Source: Rhodobacteraceae bacterium UBA6141
GTDB lineage: Bacteria > Pseudomonadota > Alphaproteobacteria > Rhodobacterales > Rhodobacteraceae
Reading direction: 5' to 3'
DNA: 64,000 bases
Assembly: GCA_002423245.1 (NCBI GenBank)
Contig: DIVD01000024.1
Span: 29,718 to 93,717 of the forward strand
Part shown: one piece after another, positions 57,741 through 64,000 of the stretch
How positions within the stretch are numbered: position 1 is the stretch's first letter
Layout of the letters: each line of letters begins with the position of its first letter
Position numbers and translations under genes: made by a program
The notes under the pieces: model-generated
Told to the model about the DNA's origin: nothing
The model's input: the letters and a program-made list of their open reading frames with translations, nothing else
The model's database searches: none

Positions 57741-59348
57741 ATGGCCCTGTCGCGCCGCAGCGCACGGGGGCCGTCGAACATCTGGCCCGGCTTCGTCGAT
57801 GCGGTGACGACGCTGCTGATGGTGCTGATGTTCATCCTGACGATCTTTACCGTCGTGCAATCGGTGCTGCGCGAGCAGATCAGCAGCCAGACAACGGAAC
57901 TCGATGAACTGTCGGCGCAGGTTGCCGGGCTGGCCGACGCGCTGGGGCTGGAGCGCGGCCGGGTCGCGGAACTGGAGGCGGGGCTGGCGGCGGCGGGGGC
58001 GGCGGCGGCGGCGCAGGAACGCCTGATCGCCACGCTGCGCGGGCAAGTGGCGGAGCGCACGGCAGAGCTTGGCGCGGCGGAGACGCGGATCACCAGTTTC
58101 GAGGCGCAGGTGGCGGCGCTGATCGCGGACCGGGACCGCGCGGCGGCGCAGGTGGCGGAGCTGGGCGCCGAGCAGCAGCGGCTGCTGTCGGAGCAGGAGG
58201 CGCTGAACCTGGCGCTGGCGAATGCGCGCGCGGAAACCGACGCGCAGGCCGAAGCGGCGCGCCTCGCCGCCGCCCGGCGCGAGGCGCTGGAGGCGCTGAT
58301 CGCCGACCTGCGCCTGCGCAACGCCAATGCCGAGGCCGCCGCCGCCGAAGCACAGGTGAAGCTGTCCGAGGCCGAGGCCGCGCGACTGGCCGATGCCGCC
58401 GCCGCCGAGGCGCTGCGCGAGCGGCTGCAGGGCGCGCAGGCGGAACTGACCGCGATGACGCTGGCGCTGGAGGAACAGCGGCAGCGCGCCGAGGAGACGC
58501 TGACCCTGCTGGCGGCGGCAGAGGCCGCGAAGCGCGACCTCGATCTGCAACTGGGCGAGGTGGCGGAGGCCGCCACCGAGGCGGAACGCCAGGCGGCCCT
58601 GCTGGCGGTCGCGCGCGAGGAACTGGCCCGGGAGCGCGAGGTTTCGGCGGATGGCCAGCGGCAGATCGCGCTGCTGAACGAACAGCTTGCGGCGATGCGC
58701 GGCCAGCTTGGCGCGCTGCAGGAGCTGCTCGACGCCTCGGCCGCGCGCGACAGCGAGGCGCAGGTGCAGATCGAGGCGCTTGGCGGGCAACTGAACTCTG
58801 CCCTCGCGCAGGTGGCCGCCGAACAGCGCCGCCGGGCCGAACTGGAGGAGGCGGAGCGCAAGCGGCTGGAGGCCGAGACGAAGGAGCTGGAACGCTATCG
58901 CTCGGAGTTCTTCGGGCGCCTGTCGCAACTGCTGGAAGGGCGCGAGGGGGTCCGGGTCGTCGGCGACCGGTTCGTGTTCTCCTCCGAGGTGCTGTTCCAG
59001 CCCGGCTCTGCCGATCTGGCGCCGGAAGGGCGGGCGCAGATCGCCGGCGTGGTGAAGATCCTCAACGAGGTGGCCGGGGACATCCCGCCCGAGCTGGACT
59101 GGATCATCCGGGTGGACGGGCACACCGACAATGTGCCGCTGTCGGGCCAGGGCGAGTTCCGCGACAACTGGGAGCTGAGCCAGGCGCGGGCGCTGTCGGT
59201 GGTGCGCTACATGATCGACGGGCTGGGCTTTCCGCCGGCGCGGCTGGCGGCGACCGGCTTTGGCGAATGGCGCCCGGTGATGGAGGGCGACACGCCCGAG
59301 GCGCGGGCGGCCAACCGGCGGATCGAACTGAAGCTGACGGAACGGTGA
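57741..59348 (+). CDS. MotB/OmpA-family protein with ~340-residue coiled-coil spacer
   Basis: The start is coupled (TGAgATG, GGAGGGG upstream). The N-terminus [22 protein letters not shown] has the invariant TM Asp. The C-terminus is OmpA-like ([10 protein letters not shown]...[13 protein letters not shown]...NRRIELKL). The region between is continuous A/E/L/R/Q heptad-like sequence. Confidence 0.8.
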   Translation: MALSRRSARGPSNIWPGFVDAVTTLLMVLMFILTIFTVVQSVLREQISSQTTELDELSAQVAGLADALGLERGRVAELEAGLAAAGAAAAAQERLIATLRGQVAERTAELGAAETRITSFEAQVAALIADRDRAAAQVAELGAEQQRLLSEQEALNLALANARAETDAQAEAARLAAARREALEALIADLRLRNANAEAAAAEAQVKLSEAEAARLADAAAAEALRERLQGAQAELTAMTLALEEQRQRAEETLTLLAAAEAAKRDLDLQLGEVAEAATEAERQAALLAVAREELAREREVSADGQRQIALLNEQLAAMRGQLGALQELLDASAARDSEAQVQIEALGGQLNSALAQVAAEQRRRAELEEAERKRLEAETKELERYRSEFFGRLSQLLEGREGVRVVGDRFVFSSEVLFQPGSADLAPEGRAQIAGVVKILNEVAGDIPPELDWIIRVDGHTDNVPLSGQGEFRDNWELSQARALSVVRYMIDGLGFPPARLAATGFGEWRPVMEGDTPEARAANRRIELKLTER

Positions 59349-59426
59349 GGGGCTGCCGGGGGGGGGGGCGGTTCCCGCCTGCGCGTCTTCGCGTGGTGCC
59401 GCCCCTCTACCCCGTCCGCCGAAACC

Positions 59427-59453
59427 AAACCCCCGCCAGTGCGGCGGGGGTTT
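59427..59453. terminator. bidirectional terminator hairpin between the convergent stator-like operon and clpA
   Basis: aaacccccgcc-agtgc-ggcgggggttt is a perfect 11-bp stem flanked by A-run/T-run, so both strands read stem plus U-tract. Confidence 0.65.
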
Positions 59454-59471
59454 GATGTTGTCACTCTGCGG

Positions 59472-59507
59472 TCACTTGTCAGTCCGCAGTCACTTGTCAC
59501 TCTGCGG
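59472..59507. repeat. 2 (plus 1 partial) x 18-bp tandem repeat overlapping the clpA stop codon
   Basis: tcacttgtcagtccgcag / tcacttgtcactctgcgg, preceded by partial tgtcactctgcgg. The clpA TGA (complement of 59497-59499) lies inside the last unit. Confidence 0.8.
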
Positions 59508-61836
59508 TCAGCAGCGGCGGCTTCTGGCCGGTGAGGCGCGGTTTCAGCGGCTCGCCCACGTCAAGGACGAGGGCATCGTCCTTGACCGTGATCCGCACCA
59601 CGCCGCCCTTGGTCAGCTTGCCGAACAGCAGCTCTTCCGCCAGCGGCTTCTTGATGTGCTCCTGGATCACGCGGCCAAGCGGGCGGGCGCCCATCTTGTC
59701 GTCATAGCCCTTCTCGGCCAGCCAGCCGGCGGCTTCGGGGCTCAACTCGATATGCACGTGCCGGTCGATCAGCTGCGCCTCGAGCTGCAGGACGAACTTG
59801 TCCACGACCTGCATGATGATCTCGCGCGAGAGCGGCGCGAAGCTGATCACCGCATCGAGGCGGTTGCGGAATTCGGGCGTGAAGGTGCGCTCGATCGCGG
59901 CGGTATCCTCGCCGGTGCGCCGCTCGCGGCCGAAGCCGATGGCGGCCTTCGCCATGTCCGAGGCGCCGGCGTTCGAGGTCATGATCAGGATCACGTTGCG
60001 GAAATCCACCGTCCGGCCGTTATGGTCGGTCAGCTTGCCGTGGTCCATCACCTGCAGCAGGATGTTGTAGACATCCGGGTGCGCCTTTTCCATTTCGTCC
60101 AGCAGCAGCACGCAATGCGGATGCTGGTCCACACCGTCGGTCAGCATCCCGCCCTGATCGAAGCCGACATAGCCCGGAGGCGCGCCGATCAGCCGCGAGA
60201 CCGCATGTTTCTCCATGTATTCCGACATGTCGAAGCGCAGCAGTTCCACGCCGAGGCTGTCCGCCAGCTGCTTGGCGACCTCGGTCTTGCCGACGCCGGT
60301 CGGGCCGGCAAAGAGGTAGTTGCCGATCGGCTTTTCCGGCTCGCGCAGGCCGGCGCGGGCCAGCTTGATCGCCGAGGCCAGCGCCTCGATCGCCTTGTCC
60401 TGGCCGAAGACGACGCGCTTGAGCGTCTTTTCCAGATCGCGCAGCACCTCGGCATCGTCCTTGGACACCGTCTTGGGCGGGATGCGGGCGATCTTGGCCA
60501 CCACGGCCTCGATCTCCTTGGCACCGATGGTCTTGCGCCGCTTGCTGTCGGCCAGCAGATGCTGGGCCGCGCCCGCCTCGTCGATCACGTCGATGGCCTT
60601 GTCGGGCAGCTTGCGGTCGTGGATGTAGCGCGCCGCCAGTTCCACCGCCGACTTGATCGCGTCCTGGGTGTAGCGGATGTCGTGGTGCTGTTCGAAATAG
60701 GGCTTGAGGCCCATCAGGATCTTGACGGTGTCATCGACCGAAGGCTCGTTCACGTCGATCTTCTGGAACCGGCGGCTGAGCGCGCGGTCCTTTTCGAAGT
60801 GCTGGCGGAACTCCTTGTAGGTGGTGGAGCCCATGCAGCGCAGCTTGCCGCCCTGAAGCGCGGGCTTCAGCAGGTTGGAGGCATCCATCGCGCCGCCCGA
60901 GGTGGCCCCGGCGCCGATCACGGTGTGGATCTCGTCGATGAACAGGATCGCGTCGGGGTGATCCTCGAGTTCCTTGACGACCGCCTTCAGCCGTTCCTCG
61001 AAATCGCCGCGATAGCGGGTGCCGGCCAGCAGCGCGCCCATGTCGAGCGAGTAGATCGTGGCGCCGGCAAGGATGTCGGGCGTCTGGCCGCGGGTGATCT
61101 TCAGCGCGAGGCCCTCGGCGATGGCGGTCTTGCCGACGCCGGGATCGCCCACCAGCAGCGGGTTGTTCTTGCGGCGGCGGCACAGCACCTGGATGCAGCG
61201 CTCCACCTCCTGTTCGCGGCCGATCAGCGGATCGACCTCGCCCTTGCGGGACTTGGCGTTGAGGTCGACGCAGTATTTCGCCAGCGCCGATTCCTTGCCC
61301 TCGCCGCTGCCCGAAGGCGCGGCGCTGCCGCTGCTGCCGGTTTCGGCCTCCTCCTCGGTCGCGCCGGTGATGGGACGGCTTTCGCCGAAGGAGGGATTCT
61401 TGGCGACGCCGTGGGCGATGAAGTTCACCGCGTCATAGCGCGTCATGTCCTGTTCCTGCAGGAAATAGGCGGCGTTGGATTCGCGTTCGGCAAAGATCGC
61501 GACCAGCACGTTGGCGCCGGTCACCTCGGTGCGGCCCGAGGATTGCACATGGATCGCCGCGCGCTGGATCACGCGCTGGAACGCGGCGGTCGGCACGGCC
61601 TCGGACCCTTCGACATCGGTGACGAGGGTGGAAAGGTCATCGTCGATGAACTCCACCAGCGTGCGGCGCAGATCGTCGAGATCGACGTTGCAGGCCCGCA
61701 TCACCTTGCCGGCATCGGGCTCGTCGATCAGCGACAGGAGGAGGTGTTCAAGCGTCGCAAGCTCGTGCCGGCGTGCATTGGCAAGCGCCAGGGCGGCATG
61801 GATGGCCTGTTCGAGTGTGTTCGAAAACGACGGCAC
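59497..61836 (-). CDS. clpA: ATP-dependent Clp protease ATP-binding subunit ClpA
   Basis: GTG start after [42 protein letters not shown], two AAA+ modules ([20 protein letters not shown]). The short middle region is ClpA-type rather than ClpB. Confidence 0.93.
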   Translation of the reverse strand: MPSFSNTLEQAIHAALALANARRHELATLEHLLLSLIDEPDAGKVMRACNVDLDDLRRTLVEFIDDDLSTLVTDVEGSEAVPTAAFQRVIQRAAIHVQSSGRTEVTGANVLVAIFAERESNAAYFLQEQDMTRYDAVNFIAHGVAKNPSFGESRPITGATEEEAETGSSGSAAPSGSGEGKESALAKYCVDLNAKSRKGEVDPLIGREQEVERCIQVLCRRRKNNPLLVGDPGVGKTAIAEGLALKITRGQTPDILAGATIYSLDMGALLAGTRYRGDFEERLKAVVKELEDHPDAILFIDEIHTVIGAGATSGGAMDASNLLKPALQGGKLRCMGSTTYKEFRQHFEKDRALSRRFQKIDVNEPSVDDTVKILMGLKPYFEQHHDIRYTQDAIKSAVELAARYIHDRKLPDKAIDVIDEAGAAQHLLADSKRRKTIGAKEIEAVVAKIARIPPKTVSKDDAEVLRDLEKTLKRVVFGQDKAIEALASAIKLARAGLREPEKPIGNYLFAGPTGVGKTEVAKQLADSLGVELLRFDMSEYMEKHAVSRLIGAPPGYVGFDQGGMLTDGVDQHPHCVLLLDEMEKAHPDVYNILLQVMDHGKLTDHNGRTVDFRNVILIMTSNAGASDMAKAAIGFGRERRTGEDTAAIERTFTPEFRNRLDAVISFAPLSREIIMQVVDKFVLQLEAQLIDRHVHIELSPEAAGWLAEKGYDDKMGARPLGRVIQEHIKKPLAEELLFGKLTKGGVVRITVKDDALVLDVGEPLKPRLTGQKPPLLTAE

Positions 61837-62049
61837 GTGTGTGCTCCTTTCCTCAGGGCCGGAAGGGGGCAGAGCCCCGCGGGCCTTCTCCCCGCCGACC
61901 GTGGCCTCATGGTCTTAAAGTTCGGTGGAAATCGCCGCGCTTCAAGTGGTATTTCGCCGATTCCGCCCGCCGGCCTGCGCCAGAGGCAAAATGTGAACTC
62001 TTTGCCACGGTCCGGGTCCGGCTTGTTTGCCAGGGCGGCGACAAAAGCG

Positions 62050-62814
62050 TCAGAAGCGGTCCTTGGCGGCGCGGATGGCGCCGAAAACCGCGGCATCTTC
62101 TGCATCGTCCATCCCGAGCGCCGATTTCACGCCGGCATGGCCCGCACGCAGGAAGGGATTGGTTTCAAGTTCCTCGCCCAGCATCGAGGGCACGGTGGGC
62201 CGGCCTTCGGCCCGTGCCGCCTCCACAGCAGCGATGCGAGATATAAGCGCGGGATTGTCCGGTTCAATGGTGCGGGCGAAGCGGGCGTTGCCGGCGGTGT
62301 ATTCGTGGCCCGAGCAGACGGCGGTTTCCGGCGGCAGCGCCGCAAGCCGGCCGAGGCTCTCCCACATCATCGGGGCGGTGCCCTCGAACAGCCGCCCGCA
62401 GCCAAGCGCCATCAGGCTGTCGCCGGTGAAGACCATCGCGGCGGCGGGCAGGTGGTAGGCGACATGGCCGACGGTATGGCCCGATACGTCGATCACCGCG
62501 GCCTCGGTGCCGCACAGGGGGACGCGCTCGCCGGGGGTGACGGCGCGGTCCAGCGGCGGCAGGCGGTGCGCGTCGGCGGCGGCGCCGGTGACGCGGGCGC
62601 CGGTCGCGGCCACCAGCTCGGGCACGCCCTGGATGTGATCGGCATGGTGATGGGTCAGCAGGATGTCGGTCAGGCGCCAGCCGCGCGCGTTCAGCGCGGC
62701 AAGGATCGGTGCCGCCTCGGGCACGTCGAAGCAGGCGGTCTCGCCGGTGCCCGCGTTGTGCACGAGGAAGGCGTAATTGTCCGAAAGGCAGGGGATGGTG
62801 ACAAGCTGCAGCAT
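62050..62814 (-). CDS. gloB: hydroxyacylglutathione hydrolase (glyoxalase II)
   Basis: [12 protein letters not shown]...[12 protein letters not shown]...GHTVGHVAY...[17 protein letters not shown]...[10 protein letters not shown] 62814. Confidence 0.9.
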   Translation of the reverse strand: MLQLVTIPCLSDNYAFLVHNAGTGETACFDVPEAAPILAALNARGWRLTDILLTHHHADHIQGVPELVAATGARVTGAAADAHRLPPLDRAVTPGERVPLCGTEAAVIDVSGHTVGHVAYHLPAAAMVFTGDSLMALGCGRLFEGTAPMMWESLGRLAALPPETAVCSGHEYTAGNARFARTIEPDNPALISRIAAVEAARAEGRPTVPSMLGEELETNPFLRAGHAGVKSALGMDDAEDAAVFGAIRAAKDRF

Positions 62815-62877
62815 GGCATTCCTGTGGGATCGGGCTATGGTGAGGGCCGACTTTGCCCAACGGAGCCGGCAGGCGCA

Positions 62878-63645
62878 ATGCATCTCGACGTTCTGGATCT
62901 GCGCAACTTCTATTACCGCACGCCGCTGGGGCGGGTGGCGCAGAAGGCGATCCGCGACCAGATGATCGCGCTGTGGCCCGAGGCGCAGGGGCAGACCGTG
63001 GCCGGCTTCGGCTTTGCGGTGCCGCTGCTGCGCCCCTATCTGGCCTCGGCGCGGCGGGTGATCGGGCTGATGCCGGCGCCGCAGGGGGTGATGCCCTGGC
63101 CCGCGGGCATGGCGAACGTGTCGGTGCTGTGCGAGGAGGTGCAGTGGCCGCTCGATACCGGCAGCGTGGACAAGCTGGTGCTGATGCACGGGCTGGAGAC
63201 GTCCGAGAATCCGACCGCGGTGCTGGAGGAGTGCCGCCGCGTGCTGGGGCCGGGGGGGCGGGCGATCTTCATCGTGCCCAGCCGGGCGGGATTGTGGGCG
63301 CGGCGCGACGTGACGCCCTTCGGCTTCGGGCGGCCCTACACGCTGGGGCAGCTCGACGCGCAATTGCGGCGGGCGGGGTTCGCGCCGGAGCGGCATCTGG
63401 CGGCGCTGTATATCCCCCCGACCAGCCGGCGGTTCTGGCTGCGCTCCGCCCCGATGTGGGAGCGGATGGGCACGCGGATCAGCTCGATCTATGCCGGGGG
63501 GGTGCTGATGGTCGAGGCGTCGAGGCAGGTCTATGCGCCGACCAGTCCGGGGCTTGCGGCGGCGGTGCGGCGGCCGCTTAAGGTGCTGGAGGGCGCGGTG
63601 CAGCCGGCGGGCGGCTCTGCCGCGGGCGCGTTGCCGGGCGGCTGA
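62878..63645 (+). CDS. class I SAM-dependent methyltransferase
   Basis: [40 protein letters not shown] is post-I/II methyltransferase-like. Divergent from gloB. ATG 62878; the upstream 3.4 kb of track ORF 59452..63645 is clpA antisense. Confidence 0.7.
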   Translation: MHLDVLDLRNFYYRTPLGRVAQKAIRDQMIALWPEAQGQTVAGFGFAVPLLRPYLASARRVIGLMPAPQGVMPWPAGMANVSVLCEEVQWPLDTGSVDKLVLMHGLETSENPTAVLEECRRVLGPGGRAIFIVPSRAGLWARRDVTPFGFGRPYTLGQLDAQLRRAGFAPERHLAALYIPPTSRRFWLRSAPMWERMGTRISSIYAGGVLMVEASRQVYAPTSPGLAAAVRRPLKVLEGAVQPAGGSAAGALPGG

Positions 63646-64000
63646 GCCTCCCGGAGTTCGGGCCGGATTTCGGCCGGATTTCGGGGCGGGTTCCGGGCGG
63701 CTTGGGGCGCTCGGCGGCTTTCCCGCGCTGCGGCCGCAAGGTGAATCGCCGCGCCGCGGCCGGGGCGGGCGCTGGCGGGCTGCGGGGGAATTGTTACCCC
63801 GGGCGGGATGTTAGCGCCCAAAGCCAGGCCAAATATTTGCCCCTTTTTGCCTGCCCGCCGCCAAGCCCCCGGGAATTCGGCATTTTCCGGCCATGGCCCG
63901 GCACTCTTGGCGGTTGCGACACCCGCATTGCTCTGCTAAACCCGCGCCGAATTTGGCTCTGTGCGGACAGCCGCGCATTGCCACGGCTCGCCCTCTGCCT

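Noticed and set aside
56495-59348. Calling the MotA/MotB-like pair a Zorya anti-phage system.
   Set aside because: ZorA-like tail and ZorB-like OmpA features are only loosely paralleled. No zorC/zorD (or type II/III accessory) genes are adjacent. The context is core housekeeping with no island hallmarks. Kept as an uncharacterised stator-like pair instead.
63646-64000. Non-coding tail with an 11-bp duplication (ggccggatttc x2) and a promoter-like TTGCGA-N17-TAAACC (about 63918-63946) reading out of the window.
   Set aside because: No downstream gene is visible to anchor it, the motif match is weak, and I cannot tell what it controls.

Overview
Very GC-rich (about two-thirds G+C by eye) chromosomal segment of an alphaproteobacterium, most likely order Rhodobacterales. 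The pointers are a SAM/SAH-type riboswitch ahead of metK, the ccr-ecm ethylmalonyl-CoA genes, and irr beside fabA-fabB-fabI. I call 62 protein-coding genes, almost all core housekeeping: valS, metF/metR, suhB, fabABI, miaB-phoH-ybeY-corC-lnt, metK, trmB, ychF, trpA, rplY-pth, trpFB, ihfB, rpsA, cmk, aroA, ecm/ccr, rpsD, hisC-tyrC, clpA, gloB. I found no rRNA, tRNA, CRISPR array, transposase, integrase or prophage genes. Many long ORFs in the six-frame track are antisense or out-of-frame shadows typical of high-GC DNA, and I ignore them. The best candidate for an undescribed system is a translationally coupled MotA/MotB-type stator-like pair at 56495..59348. Its MotB-like subunit carries about 340 residues of coiled coil between the transmembrane Asp helix and the OmpA-like domain. 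Its MotA-like subunit has a coiled-coil tail. No flagellar, Tol, Ton, gliding or Zorya partner genes occur in the window. Other notable points follow.
- lnt has no canonical start codon covering its conserved N-terminal helices.
- A ~5.2 kb inversion appears to have split both trpF-trpB-trpA and rplY-pth-ychF.
- A 3-copy REP-like intergenic element is present.
- A 4x33-bp tandem repeat sits in a divergent promoter region.
- In-frame 12/15/18-bp tandem repeats recur at gene termini.
- Two adjacent envelope genes share a Cys-containing motif and sit inside the miaB-phoH cluster.
All coordinates come from hand translation and counting. Start codons are often uncertain by tens of bases.
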